Source: Euglena gracilis (lineage: Eukaryota). Taken from it: 64,000 nucleotides of DNA. Shown in pieces: positions 24,901 to 37,912 of this stretch. The stretch spans positions 39,083,816 to 39,147,815 of the forward strand of contig CP154954.1 in NCBI GenBank assembly GCA_039621445.1. The letters run 5' to 3'. The notes beneath the pieces are model-generated. The model saw only the letters and a list, made by a program, of their open reading frames with translations. It ran no database searches and was not told where the DNA came from. Each line of letters opens with the position of its first letter. The stretch's first letter is position 1. The position numbers and the translations under genes are program-made.

Positions 24901-27900
24901 GCATATCCCTTGTGTTACCCACCCGTTTTGGGGGGGCAAATCCCTTTGGTTGCCCAACTGTTCGAGGGCCTCAAAACAACAAAATCCCTTGTGTTACCCA
25001 CCCGTTTTGGGGGGGCAAATCCGTTTTGTTGCCCAACTGTTCGAGGGCCCCAAAACAACGAAATCCCTTGTGTTACCCATTCGTTTTGGGGGGGCAAATC
25101 CCTTTGGTTGCCCAACTGTTCGAGGGCCCCAAAACAACAAAATCCCTTGTGTTACCCACCCGTTTTGGGGGGGGCAAATCCCTTTTGTTGCCCAACTGTT
25201 CGAGGGCCCCAAAACAACAAAATCCCTTGTGTTGCCCACCCGTTTTGGGGGGGGCAAATCCCTTGGTTGCCCAACTGTTCGAGGGCCTCAAAACAACAAA
25301 ATCCCTTGTGTTACCCACCCGTTTTGGGGGGGCAAATCCGTTTTGTTGCCCAACTGTTCGAGGGCCCCAAAACAACGAAATCCCTTGTGTTACCCATTCG
25401 TTTTGGGGGGGCAAATCCCTTTGGTTGCCCAACTGTTCGAGGGCCTCAAAACAACAAAATCCCTTGTGTTACCCACCCGTTTTGGGGGGGCAAATCCGTT
25501 TTGTTGCCCAACTGTTCGAGGGCCCCAAAACAACGAAATCCCTTGTGTTACCCACCCGTTTTTGGGGGGGGGGGGCAACACCCTTTGGTTGCCGAACTGT
25601 TCGAGGGCCCCAAAACAACAAAATCCCTTGTGTTACCCACCCGTTTTGGGGGGGCAAATCCCTTTTGTTGCCCAACTGTTCGAGGGCCCCAAAACAACAA
25701 AATCCCTTGTGTTACCCATTCGTTTTGGGGGGGCAAATCCGTTTTGTTGCCCAACTGTTTGAGGGCCCCAAAATAACAAAATCCCTTGTGTTACCCACCC
25801 GTTTTGGGGGGCAAATCCCTTTTGCTGCCGAACTGTTCGAGGGCCCCAAAACAACAAAATCCCTTGTGTTACCCACCCGTTTTGGGGGGCAAATCCCTTT
25901 GGTTGCCGAACTGTTCGAGGGCCCCAAAATAACAAAATCCCTTGTGTTACCCATTCGTTTTGGGGGGCAAATCCGTTTTGTTGCCCAACTGTTCGAGGGC
26001 CCCAAAACAACAAAATCCCTTGTGTTACCCACCCGTTTTGGGGGGCAAATCCCTTTTGCTGCCGAACTGTTCGAGGGCCCCAAAACAACAAAATCCCTTG
26101 TGTTACCCATTCGTTTTGGGGGGCATATCCCTTGTGTTACCCACCCGTTTTGGGGGGCAAATCCCTTTGGTTGCCGAACTGTTCGAGGGCCCCAAAATAA
26201 CAAAATCCCTTGTGTTACCCACCCGTTTGGGGGGGCAAATCCCTTTGGTTGCCGAACTGTTCGAGGGCCCCAAAATGACAAAATCCCTTGTGTTACCCAT
26301 TCGTTTTGGGGGGCATATCCCTTGTGTTACCCACCCGTTTTGGGGGGGCAAATCCGTTTTGTTGCCCAACTGTTCGAGGGCCCCAAAACAACGAAATCCC
26401 TTGTGTTACCCATTCGTTTTGGGGGGGCAAATCCCTTTGGTTGCCCAACTGTTCGAGGGCCTCAAAAAAACAAAATCCCTTGTGTTACCCACCCGTTTTG
26501 GGGGGGCAAATCCGTTTTGTTGCCCAACTGTTCGAGGGCCCCAAAACAACAAAATCCCTTGTTTTACCCACCCGTTTTGGGGGGGGCAAATCCCTTTTGT
26601 TGCCCAACTGTTCGAGGGCCCCAAAACAACAAAATCCCTTGTGTTGCCCACCCGTTTTGGGGGGGGCAAATCCCTTGGTTGCCCAACTGTTCGAGGGCCT
26701 CAAAACAACAAAATCCCTTGTGTTACCCACCCGTTTTGGGGGGGCAAATCCGTTTTGTTGCCCAACTGTTCGAGGGCCCCAAAACAACGAAATCCCTTGT
26801 GTTACCCATTCGTTTTGGGGGGGCAAATCCCTTTGGTTGCCCAACTGTTCGAGGGCCTCAAAACAACAAAATCCCTTGTGTTACCCACCCGTTTTGGGGG
26901 GGCAAATCCGTTTTGTTGCCCAACTGTTCGAGGGCCCCAAAACAACGAAATCCCTTGTGTTACCCATTCGTTTTGGGGGGGCAAATCCCTTTGGTTGCCC
27001 AACTGTTCGAGGGCCTCAAAACAACAAAATCCCTTGTGTTACCCACCCGTTTTGGGGGGGCAAATCCGTTTTGTTGCCCAACTGTTCGAGGGCCCCAAAA
27101 CAACAAAATCCCTTGTGTTACCCACCCGTTTTGGGGGGGCAAATCCCTTTGGTTGCCGAACTGTTCGAGGGCCCCAAAACAACAAAATCCCTTGTGTTGC
27201 CCACCCGTTTTGTGGGACGAGGGCCCCAAAATAACAAAATCCCTTGTGTTACCCATTCGTTTTGGGGGGGCAAATCCGTTTTGTTGCCCAACTGTTCGAG
27301 GGCCCCAAAACAACAGAATCCCTTGTGTTGCCCACCCGTTTTGGGGGGGGCAAATCCCTTTGGTTGCCGAACTGTTCGAGGGCCCCAAAACAACAGAATC
27401 CCTTGTGTTGCCCACCCGTTTTGTGGGACAAACCCCTTTGTTTGGCGAACGGTTCGAGGGCCCCAAAACAACAATATCCCTTGTGTTACCCATTCATTTT
27501 GGGGGGGCAAATCCGTTTTGTTGCCCAACTGTTCGAGGGCCCCAAAACAACAATATCCCTTGTGTTACCCATTCATTTTGGGGGGGCAAATCCGTTTTGT
27601 TGCCCAACTGTTCGAGGGCCCCAAAACAACAGAATCCCTTGTGTTGCCCACCCGTTTTGGGGGGGACAAATCCCTTTGGTTGCCGAACTGTTCGAGGGCC
27701 CCAAAACAACAAAATCCCTTGTGTTACCCACCCGTTTTGGGGGGGCAAATCCCTTTGGTTGCCGAACTGTCCGAGGGCCCCAAAATAACAAAATCCCTTG
27801 TGTTACACACACGTTTTGTGGGACAAACCCCTTTGTTTGGCGAACGGTTCGAGGGCCCCAAAATAACAAAATCCCTTGTGTTACCCATTCATTTTGGGGG

Positions 27901-30900
27901 GGCAAATCCGTTTTGTTGCCCAACTGTTCGAGGGCCCCAAAACAACAAAATCCCTTGTGTTACCCATTCGTTTTGGGGGGGCAAATCCGTTTTGTTGCCC
28001 AACTGTTCGAGGGCCCCAAAACAACAATATCCCTTGTGTTACCCATTCGTTTTGGGGGGACAAATCCGTTTTGTTGCCCAACTGTTCGAGGGCCCCAAAA
28101 CAACAGAATCCCTTGTGTTACCCACCCGTTTTGGGGGGGGAAATCACTTTGGTTGCCGAACTGTTCGAGGGCCCCAAAATAACAAAATCCCTTGTGTTAC
28201 ACACCCGTTTTGTGGGACAAACCCCTTTGTTTGGCGAACGGTTCGAGGGCCCCAAAATAACAAAATCCCTTGTGTTACCCATTCATTTTGGGGGGGCAAA
28301 TCCGTTTTGTTGCCCAACTGTTCGAGGGCCCCAAAACAACAGAATCCCTTGTGTTGCCCACCCGTTTTGTGGGACAAACCCCTTTGTTTGGCGAACGGTT
28401 CGAGGGCCCCAAAATAACAAAATCCCTTGTGTTACCCATTCATTTTGGGGGGGCAAATCCGTTTTGTTGCCCAACTGTTCGAGGGCCCCAAAACAACAAT
28501 ATCCCTTGTGTTACCCATTCGTTTTGGGGGGGGGCAAATCCGTTTTGTTGCCCAACTGTTCGAGGGCCCCAAAACAACAGAATCCCTTGTGTTGCCCACC
28601 CGTTTTGGGGGGGGGCAAATCCCTTTGGTTGCCGAACTGTTCGAGGGCCCCAAAATAACAAAATCCCTTGTGTTACACACCCGTTTTGTGGAACAAACCC
28701 CTTTGTTTGGCGAACGGTTCGAGGGCCCCAAAACAACAATATCCCTTGTGTTACCCATTCATTTTGGGGGGGCAAATCCGTTTTGTTGCCCAACTGTTCG
28801 AGGGCCCCAAAACAACAATATCCCTTGTGTTACCCATTCATTTTGGGGGGGCAAATCCGTTTTGTTGCCCAACTGTTCGAGGGCCCCAAAACAACAGAAT
28901 CCCTTGTGTTGCCCACCCGTTTTGGGGGGGGCAAATCCCTTTGGTTGCCGAACTGTTCGAGGGCCCCAAAACAACAAAATCCCTTGTGTTACCCACCCGT
29001 TTTGGGGGGGCAAATCCCTTTGGTTGCCGAACTGTTCGAGGGCCCCAAAATAACAAAATCCCTTGTGTTACACACCCGTTTTGTGGGACAAACCCCTTTG
29101 TTTGGCGAACGGTTCGAGGGCCCCAAAATAACAAAATCCCTTGTGTTACCCATTCATTTTGGGGGGGGCAAATCCGTTTTGTTGCCCAACTGTTCGAGGG
29201 CCCCAAAACAACAATATCCCTTGTGTTACCCATTCGTTTTGGGGGGGCAAATCCGTTTTGTTGCCCAACTGTTCGAGGGCCCCAAAACAACAGAATCCCT
29301 TGTGTTGCCCACCCGTTTTGTGGGACAAACCCCTTTGTTTGGCGAACGGTTCGAGGGCCCCAAAATAACAAAATCCCTTGTGTTACCCATTCATTTTGGG
29401 GGGGCAAATCCGTTTTGTTGCCCAACTGTTCGAGGGCACCAAAACAACAATATCCCTTGTGTTACCCATTCGTTTTGGGGGGGCAAATCCCTTTTGTTGC
29501 CCAACTGTTCGAGGCCCCAAAATAACAAAATCCCTTGTGTTACCCACCCGTTTTGGGGGGGCAAATCCCTTTGGTTGCCGAACTGTTCGAGGGCCCCAAA
29601 ATGACAAAATCCCTTGTGTTACCCACCCGTTTTGGGGGGACAAATCCGTTTTGTTGCTCAACTGTTCGAGGGCCCCAAATCAACAAAGTCCCTTGTGCTA
29701 CCCACCCGTTTTGGGGGGCAAATCCCTTTGGTTGCCGAACTGTTCGAGGGCCCCAAAACAACCAAATCCCTTGTGTTACCCATTCGTTTTGGGGGGGCAA
29801 ATCCGTTTTGTTGCCCAACTGTTCGAGGGCCCCAAAACAACAGAATCCCTTGTGTTACCCACCCGTTTTGGGGGGGGCAAATCCCTTTGGTTGCCGAACT
29901 GTTCGAGGGCCCCAAAATAACAAAATCCCTTGTGTTACACACCCGTTTTGTGGGACAAACCCCTTTGTTTGGCGAACGGTTCGAGGGCCCCAAAACAACA
30001 ATATCCCTTGTGTAACCCATTCATTTTGGGGGGGCAAATCCGTTTTGTTGCCCAACTGTTCGAGGGCCCCAAAACAACAATATCCCTTGTGTTACCCATT
30101 CATTTTGGGCGGGCAAATCCGTTTTGTTGCCCAACTGTTCGAGGGCCCCAAAACAACAGAATCCTTTGTGTTGCCCACCCGTTTTGTGGGACAAACCCCT
30201 TTGTTTGGCGAACGGTTCGAGGGCCCCAAAATAACAAAATCCCTTGTGTTACCCATTCATTTTGGGGGGGCAAATCCGTTTTGTTGCCCAACTGTTCGAG
30301 GGCCCCAAAACAACAATATCCTTTGTGTTACCCATTCGTTTTGGGGGGGCAAATCCGTTTTGTTGCCCAACTGTTCGAGGGCCCCAAAACAACAAAATCC
30401 CTTGTGTTACCCACCCGTTTTGGGGGGGGGGCAAATCCCTTTGGTTGCCCAACTGTTCGAGGGCCCCAAAATAACAAAATCCCTTGTGTTACCCACCCGT
30501 TTTGGGGGGGCAAATCCCTTTGGTTGCCGAACTGTTCGAGGGCCCCAAAATGACAAAATCCCTTGTGTTACCCACCCGTTTTGGGGGGGCAAATCCGTTT
30601 TGTTGCTCAACTGTTCGAGGGCCCCCCGTTTTGGGGGGCAAATCCCTTTGGTTGCCGAACTGTTCGAGGGCCCCAAAACAACCAAATCCCTTTTACCCAT
30701 ACCCATTTACCCCCCGTTTGGGGGGGCAAATCCCTGTGTGTTACCCACCCACCCATTTTTGGTTCGGGGCCACCGGTTTTGGGGGGGCAATGGGGGCAAA
30801 CCCCTTTTGGTTCGAGGGCCCCAAAACAACAAAATCCCTTGTGTTGCCCACCCGTTTTGGGGGGCAACTCCCTTTTGCTCCCGAACTGTTCGCGGGCCCC

Positions 30901-30931
30901 AAAATAACAAAATCCCTTGTGTTACTCACCC
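21910..30931. repeat. Second satellite array, 78-79 bp monomer (~115 copies)
   Basis: Same monomer. Variant order is largely colinear with 2520-11413. Confidence 0.98.
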
Positions 30932-31568
30932 GCTTCGAAGGCCTCTTTGTCGGTCTCGTCTTGCAGTTGTTTGAATTGCATGATCAGCTTGAGTGATTTG
31001 ATTACAGCTCCGTGCCAAAGGAACGATTATGATGCGCCTAATGTGGCAAAGAAAAGCAGTAAGAAGCACCACAACCAACACCACAACAGCCGGAAAGAAG
31101 AGCAGGACCTCACCGGGGTCTTGTGCGGAGCCGGAGCTGTCCCTGCCTCTCGTTATGCAGAATGCTTGCATTTCTGAAGGATTTTTATATAATCCCTGTT
31201 TCGTCATTGGTTTTTTACCCCTGCGGACCCTACCGACCTAAATTTCCCATCTGAGGGTGTTCCTGTTGGTGTAAATCACTTATTTGGACCCCTCCGGACC
31301 ATTTCCGGGTGATTTGGACCCGCCACAGACCATTTTTATGACACTGACTAGCTACCGACTAGTTTGCATACAACTTTCTTCACAAAAAGTCAGTGAGACT
31401 TTCCCGTAACTACCTTGGTACATTGGGGTGGGTCGTAGGCCCACATGTCCGCCGACCACCCAGGACCCCTCCCCCCCCTGTCTCGGTGACTCGCTGCCGA
31501 CCAGGCCGAGTCGGCCGACCAATTGGGCGGTCGGCCGACCACCCAGGCCCCCCCCCCCCACACCAGTC
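30928..31568. repeat. Repeat family X, duplicate copy
   Basis: Near-identical to 11410-12050. Confidence 0.75.
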
Positions 31569-31614
31569 TACCGCCTAGAGCCCCAAAAAGGCCCCCGGTT
31601 CACCTCGCGGGAGG

Positions 31615-32394
31615 GTCGTACTCCCTCGAGGATAACCGACAAGGGGGGAAGGGACACCGAGGGCGAAGGGCCTCGCAAGGTCTTTGTGCTTCGCCCTCGG
31701 TGCCCCTTCATCCCTTGTCGGTTTTCCCTCAGGGTGCACGAGACCTTGCGAGGCTACGCCTTGCTCGCGGGCGGTGCTGACTGGACTGCTCTGGTTCGCT
31801 GGGTCAGGAGGTCCCGCTTAGTGCCGCCTCGCCGGAGTTGGCTGACGATGCTGCTCTGACTGGGCGCCGCAGCTTCTTGCCCTTGGGGGATGTCCCCCCT
31901 CTCCCCCCCTGGCCCCCGCTCTCTGACCGAGGGCTTTTGAGCACAAATTTTCTTCTGCGGGTGGGGGGCCAAGCTCACAAGGTCTTTGCGCGTCGCCCTC
32001 GGTGCTCCTTCCTCCCGTGTCGTTTTGTCTAGAGGGAGTAAGAGACACCTCGGGCTCGGCACTTTGCCCTCGTGAGTCCAGACTTTGTACTGAAATTAGG
32101 GGGGCCAGGGCATTGTGCAGGGTACCTTGGGCACCAAGCCGTTGATAGTGGGCTGTAAAAGTTTCCACCCCCCCCCCTCCACCGGCCAATTTCACAAACT
32201 TCTTGGGCAGAAAGGCCCCATTTTTTGAGTAACCCAACCCCAGCCCCTCTGGCGGGGTGGGCCCCCCATACCTTTGGGGTACACCTTGTTTTGCCAAAAA
32301 GTTTTTTGATGAAAAATTTTTTTTTGATGAAAGCAACGGTGTCTGCACTTACGGCCCTGAAGGAGGTTTTAATGAAATTAGGAGGGAGCCCCAA
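31615..32394 (-). mobile_element. DIRS family B 3' remnant, duplicate copy
   Basis: Near-identical to 12097-12876. Confidence 0.85.
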
Positions 32395-32517
32395 GTCTCG
32401 TACTCCCTCGAGGAAAACCGACCAGGGAGGAAGGGACACCGAGGGCGAAGCACAAAGACCTTGTGAGGCCATGCCTTGCTCGCCGGCGGTGCTGTTTGGA
32501 TTGTTTGCTGCGTTGGG

Positions 32518-35367
32518 TTAGGAGTCCCTGCTTAGTGCCGCCTCGCCGGAGTTGGCTGACGATGCTGCTCCGACTTGGCGACGTGACTTCTTGCCCCTGG
32601 GGGGGGTCCCCCCCCTCTCCCCCCCCTGGCCCCCACTCTCTGACCGAGGGCTTTTGAAGACAAATTTTCTTTTACGGGTGGGGGGGTCGGGCTCACAAGG
32701 TCTTTGTGCTTCGCCCTCGGTGTCCCTTCCTCCCTGGTCGGTTTTCCTCGAGGGAGTACGAGACACCTCGGGCTCCGCACTTTGCCCTTGTGAGGCCAGA
32801 TTGTGCACTGAAATTAGGGGGGCCAGGGCATTTTCCAGGGCACCTTGGGCACCCAGTCGTTGATAGTGGGCTGTAAAAGCCTCCACCCCCCTCCACTGGC
32901 CAATTTCACAAACTTCTTGGGCAGAAAGGCCCAATTTTTTCAGTAAACCAACTCCTGCCCCTCTGGTGGAGTGGGCCCCCCACACCTGGGGAGTCACCCC
33001 ATGTTTGGCCAAAAAATCTTGTGTGATAGAAGCAACAGTGTCTGCACTTATGGCTCTGAAGGGAGGTTTTAATGAAATTAGGAGGGGGCCCCCAGGTCTG
33101 ACGAATGAACGTGTGGCAGCCACATAGCACATCATTAAATGAAATGGGCTTATTTGGGGACACTGGGGTATGGACACAACCCTCTCCCACTTATGAAATT
33201 TTTGCCCTTTACGCTTAATTTTGATGTAGGGTGCCCTACCCAACACACTGGTGGTTCGTTTGACTTGTGCCAAGTCAGAGGATCGATATAAACAGAGAAT
33301 TCGTGAGCAAAAAATCAGCTGGGTACGCAATGTACAAATATCAGTGGGCATAGGGGTCTTGGCCAGCCCCAGGAGGATTGGGAGGGGATCCCAAAATGCC
33401 CCACACTTCTCCAGATTTTGGTTCCAAAGCCTCTTGTAGGGGGTTAACAGGGTGTGGAATCTCAGTCCACCAAACCCAGGAATCAAAAGCATTGCACTGT
33501 ATGCATTACGGGCTTGGGCCTTTGAAAATTGGAATAATTGTATTAAAGCGTCAGCCACTTGGTCAGTGGTGGCTTCAGGGGGGGGCACCCCCATGTGTTC
33601 CAAAATTACCAACAGAAGTGCAAAAGCACTCTGATAACGTTTTAAACTGGGGTTTCTCCCCAGGAAATCTTCAATGGTTTTAACCTGAATTTGTTTCCCC
33701 TCCAAAATTTGCCTGAGCAAATCATGCAAAGTAGGGGCCACCTGGGGGGTGGCATTTGTTCCCCCCTGCAATTGGTGAACATACCCCTGTAGGGGGTGAT
33801 TTTCAGGCAGGGGGTCCCTGGCACTTTCATTTTTATTAATTGGGGCCACCATGTGGCTGAATCCCAGTAGGGGGTGACCATCAAAACTTTGGTCTGGGGA
33901 AACATTTTCAACCTGGGCAGAAATTTTTGGATTATTGACCAGGGGGGGTTTGCATAAAGATCCCCCATGTTGTCCAGTGGACATTGTAGTGCATTTACTG
34001 CTGTGGCCTCCCAATGGGGCCACCTGGCCACAAAATTGGGCAGTTTTTTGTTGCCTGGGGAGGCAAATAAATCTGTTTCCAGATTTATGAAATTTTGGAA
34101 TTGCTGTCTTAACCATTGAAAAAGTTGGGGGTCTAAAGAATAATCCCCCCTGTCCATTTCCCATCTGCTTATGGGGTCTGCTAGGCATTCCTTTGAAGGC
34201 GCCCAGTTGACTTGGAGGTTTACTTGGTGCTCCATGCACCATTTGAATGAAAAATGGTCTTAGCATTTCGTTGAAGGGGTCTTTTCTGCCCCCACCTTTT
34301 GTTAGGTAATAGTAGATTACCTGGTTGTCCACAGACAAAGAAACTGTTTCTCCCGGTTTGCTCAAACTTTTCACAGTGTTTATTGCTGCACTGAGCTCCT
34401 TTACATTGATGTGTAAAATGGAGTCTTTTCTCCAAAATTCCTGCACAATTTCTCCTGTGTGGATGTCCAGCCCCCCCCAGGCATGGGTGCTGCTGTCTGA
34501 GTGCAACTCTCTGGTTGCATTTTGGGGGAAGGGTCTGCCCCCCAGGTGTCCAATAGAGTTTTTATTTCCCTTAATTGGGCCTTGATTTTCTGGGAAATGG
34601 GGTGTTTTGAGTCCCAGGGGGCTGTGGACTTTGCCACCAAAAAATTTGCCAGGGTGTCTGTAAAAGCCCTTAAAAAGGGCAGGGCCATTAGATTGCATCT
34701 TATTTGACCCAAAATGGCAGCCAACTGCCTTTTTGACATGTAATCTTTTTTCACGATTTTTCCCAGCTCCTTTTTTATAGTTTTGACTTTCTGGGGGGGC
34801 GCTTGTAACTTTCCTTCCTGGAAGTTCAGTTGAAAACCCAGGTGGGTTACCACTTGGGTGGGCTGCAGGGTAGACTTTTTCACATTGATTTTGAACCCAG
34901 AATCCAGCAAATCTTTGACAACTCTGTTCAGGTGACTTTGCAAAATGTTTTGGGTGGGAGCCACCAGTAAAATGTCGTCCAGGTAAATAAAGACCTGGAT
35001 GCCCCTTTTTCTCCACAGTTTTTCGAATGTCTTCATTACTGACATGAAAATTTGGGGCATTACATTTAGCCCAAAGCAGCCTGTTTGAAATTCCCAGGTC
35101 TGCCCCCCTACCTGATGCCTTAAAAATGGCCTTAGGCCAGGACTTAGTGGAATGTGGAAATAGGCATCTTTCAGGTCTATTTTTGCTGCCCAGTGGCCTT
35201 TTTCCAAAACTGGGAAAATGTGCTGGATATGATCCAGCTTGAAAGGTTTTACTTGAAACTGCTGATTTATTTCTCTGCAGTCGCTGATCATTCTCCATTT
35301 TGTTGTTCCCCCCTCTGGTTTCGAAATTAGAAACCATGGGATTAAATGCTGGGATTCTGAATCCCAA
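32518..35367 (-). CDS. Tyrosine recombinase ORF with long N-terminal extension overlapping pol
   Basis: 949-aa ORF with an intact R-K-HSTR-W-Y recombinase in the C-terminal ~400 aa. It crosses briefly into the RNase H frame because of small indels. Confidence 0.9.
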   Translation of the reverse strand: MGFRIPAFNPMVSNFETRGGNNKMENDQRLQRNKSAVSSKTFQAGSYPAHFPSFGKRPLGSKNRPERCLFPHSTKSWPKAIFKASGRGADLGISNRLLWAKCNAPNFHVSNEDIRKTVEKKGHPGLYLPGRHFTGGSHPKHFAKSPEQSCQRFAGFWVQNQCEKVYPAAHPSGNPPGFSTELPGRKVTSAPPESQNYKKGAGKNREKRLHVKKAVGCHFGSNKMQSNGPALFKGFYRHPGKFFGGKVHSPLGLKTPHFPENQGPIKGNKNSIGHLGGRPFPQNATRELHSDSSTHAWGGLDIHTGEIVQEFWRKDSILHINVKELSAAINTVKSLSKPGETVSLSVDNQVIYYYLTKGGGRKDPFNEMLRPFFIQMVHGAPSKPPSQLGAFKGMPSRPHKQMGNGQGGLFFRPPTFSMVKTAIPKFHKSGNRFICLPRQQKTAQFCGQVAPLGGHSSKCTTMSTGQHGGSLCKPPLVNNPKISAQVENVSPDQSFDGHPLLGFSHMVAPINKNESARDPLPENHPLQGYVHQLQGGTNATPQVAPTLHDLLRQILEGKQIQVKTIEDFLGRNPSLKRYQSAFALLLVILEHMGVPPPEATTDQVADALIQLFQFSKAQARNAYSAMLLIPGFGGLRFHTLLTPYKRLWNQNLEKCGAFWDPLPILLGLAKTPMPTDICTLRTQLIFCSRILCLYRSSDLAQVKRTTSVLGRAPYIKIKRKGQKFHKWERVVSIPQCPQISPFHLMMCYVAATRSFVRPGGPLLISLKPPFRAISADTVASITQDFLAKHGVTPQVWGAHSTRGAGVGLLKKLGLSAQEVCEIGQWRGVEAFTAHYQRLGAQGALENALAPLISVHNLASQGQSAEPEVSRTPSRKTDQGGRDTEGEAQRPCEPDPPTRKRKFVFKSPRSESGGQGGERGGTPPRGKKSRRQVGAASSANSGEAALSRDS

Positions 35368-36678
35368 ACTCGTTTCACTGCCCCAGTTTTTTCGTAATCC
35401 AGCAGAATTTTTCTGCCTGGTTCAGGTCCAGATTGGCCCTGGGTTTTGGGTGTGTGGACAATTTTGGGGGATTTACCCAGGGGGGTTGAATTCCATTTTT
35501 GATTAATTGACATGTTGCTGGGGGGGCATTTTTTGACCACCATTTTAGACTTTTCTGAAGTCTCTGGTACAGGGGGGTATCTCCCCATTTTTCCTCCATG
35601 GAATTTATTTCCTGAATCAGATGATTGTTTAGGGGCTGGGTGGGGGGGTGTTGGACATTTCACAGCCCCTATAGCCCCTAGGGCTTGAGCCCTTGGAAAA
35701 AGCAAATGTTCCTGGGGGGGTGTGCATGCACTCTCCTCTCTTCTCACTCTCTCTCTGGAGCATCTTGTTGTTGGAATACATACCATAGGGCTTACTGCCC
35801 CTGTTTGGCCTATCTGGTCTGCTTGATGTTGATGGGGTTGGTAGCCATACCATAGGGGGGCCTCTGAGGGTCCCCCCCTTTTTGATTGAATAAATGCTGG
35901 TGGGGAGTCTCCCCCTTCCTGTTGCCAGCTGGCCCCTGGGGGGCAATCTTCCTCCTGGGGCTGGGCAGGGGGCTGCCCATTTAAGTACAAAGCCCTTGCA
36001 GGGCTGACCATTAGCTTCTGGGGGGCCTGTGAAGGACCCCCCTTGTGGCTTTGTTGTAATTTCTGATCTTCTTGTTGAATTTTCTGGCCCCAGTGGCCTT
36101 GATGATAAAGGCCCCAATGGCCTGATTCGGTTCTGGGTCGCCATGCCCATTTGAAATCTGGAGGGGTTCTTGGGGCCCCACCCTTGACCCCTGAGGGGTG
36201 ATGTGAATGAGAAAGGGTGGGGGGGGTGTGTTTGACCTTTTCTGCCCCTGCCATGTCCTGTGGGGCCCTGGTGCTGGTGGCCACCTTGGCCTTTGTTCCA
36301 GCGACTTTTGATGCTGTAGATGCCGTCATGGCTGGTTGTGCCGTCATGGCCTGTGCGGTTTTGGCTGCCATAGCCCCGCATGAATGTATTGTGTGTTTTG
36401 AACCGATGGCCTCCATGGCCCTGGTTCCAATGGCCGTAGAGGCCAGCTGGTTGTTGTCTCTGCCCCTTGCGGGGTCTTCTGACCACTGTCTGCCAGGGTC
36501 CGTGGCCATCACTTTGGGGGGTTTGGGTGTTGGAAATTTCTGTGGGGAAAATTTCTTTTGGGGAAGGGGCAGCCACGGTTCGCCACAGTCGACCCGCGTC
36601 GTCAGGTTGTCCAGCTGCTGCTGCTGCTGCCGCTTGAAGTTCTCCAGCGCTGTGCTTCTTTGAAGTTGCATTTCTCAT
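33642..36678 (-). CDS. pol: DIRS pol RT-RNaseH-methyltransferase (homopolymer frameshifts)
   Basis: YLDD RT in ORF 34401-36671. ETDLFASPGN and DLYANPPW in ORF 33642-34235. RLQKSLKWW..A...LI..G..PPW N-terminal motif in ORF 35375-35599. Confidence 0.92.
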
Positions 36679-36961
36679 TGAACTCTTTCGAAAAATTCAA
36701 CAACTTTTGATTTGAGTTTCTGCACGAGCGTGACTTTCTGGATAATTTGAATTGATTGATTGTCTTCTTCTTTTCTCAATTGCTGAGGTATTTGACGTTC
36801 CTTTCTTCTGGGTGTCGAAGGGCAAATTAGGAATCAGCCAACTCCGGCGAAAAAAGGCACTAAGCAGGGACTCCTAACCCAACGCAGCAAACAATCCAAA
36901 CAACACCGCCGGCGAGCAAGGCATGGCCTCACAAGGGCAAAGTGCGGAGCCCGAGGTGTCT

Positions 36962-37404
36962 GACATATAAACGTGTAGCAGCCTCATAGCACATCAGCAA
37001 ATGAAATGGGCTTATTTGGGGACACTGGGGAATGGACGCAACCCTTTCCCATTTATGGAAGTTCTGTTCCTTACGCTTAATCTTGATTTATGGTGCCCTA
37101 CCCGACACACTGGTGGTTCGTTTGACTTGCGATGAGTCCGAGGATCGGAATAAACAGAGGATTCTTGAGCAAAAAATAAGCTGTGTACGCAGAGTACAAC
37201 TATCAGTGGGCATATGCGCCTTTGCCAGCCCCAGGAGGATTGGGAGGGGGTCCTAAAATGCACCATACGTCTCAAGGTTTTGGCTCCAAAGCCTCTTTTA
37301 AGGGGTCAATAGGGTGTGGAATTTCAGCCCACCAAATCCAGGAATCAAAAGCATAGCACTGTAGGCATTACGGGCTTGGGCCTTGGATAATTGAGAATTG
37401 AATT
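36962..37404 (-). mobile_element. DIRS family B YR remnant, duplicate copy
   Basis: Matches 17438-17880. Confidence 0.85.
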
Positions 37405-37901
37405 GACACCTCGGGCTCCGCACTTTGCCATTGTGAGGCCATGCCTTGCTCGCCGGCGGTTTGTTGTGTGATTGTTCGCTGCGCTGGGTTAGGAGGTCCC
37501 CCTCAGAGCCTTCTTTCGCCGGAGTTAGCTGATTCCTAACTTGCCCTTCGACACCCAGAAGAAAGGAACAGAGTTCACGAACGAAGAAGAACGGAGACAA
37601 GAAGTCAATATCAATTCAATATCCAGAAGAACACGAACCAGACGAATATCAATTGACAAGTCAATTGTCAAATTTCAATATCGACTTCGATGAGCAATAC
37701 AGTGGAGAAGAAATTTGAATTATGTGGCCACTGGCGTCCTGGAGGAGTGGCCGCAGCAGCTGGAGACCTTGGAGATGCGGTCAGCACGTGGCAAACCGTG
37801 GCCGTTCTTCCCACCCAGCCCCACACCCCAGGAATTTCACAGCCCAAACCCCCCCCCCCAGTGACGGCCATGTGGCCTGGTGGGGCCAGATTTATCGTCA
37901 A
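37405..37901 (+). mobile_element. DIRS family D 5' fragment, duplicate copy
   Basis: Matches 17881-18379. Confidence 0.85.
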
Positions 37902-37912
37902 GTGGCTGACAC

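Larger units (their letters stand above)
32395..36961 (-). mobile_element. Full-length DIRS1-type retrotransposon family A, duplicate copy
   Basis: GTCT cores at 32395-32398 and 36958-36961. ITRs, ICR, RT/RH/MT/YR all present. Confidence 0.96.

Noticed and set aside
1..30931. Long ORFs (up to ~1,000 aa) on both strands of the satellite
   Set aside because: The monomer is stop-poor in most frames, and frames switch at variable G-runs. The peptides are just translations of the repeat.
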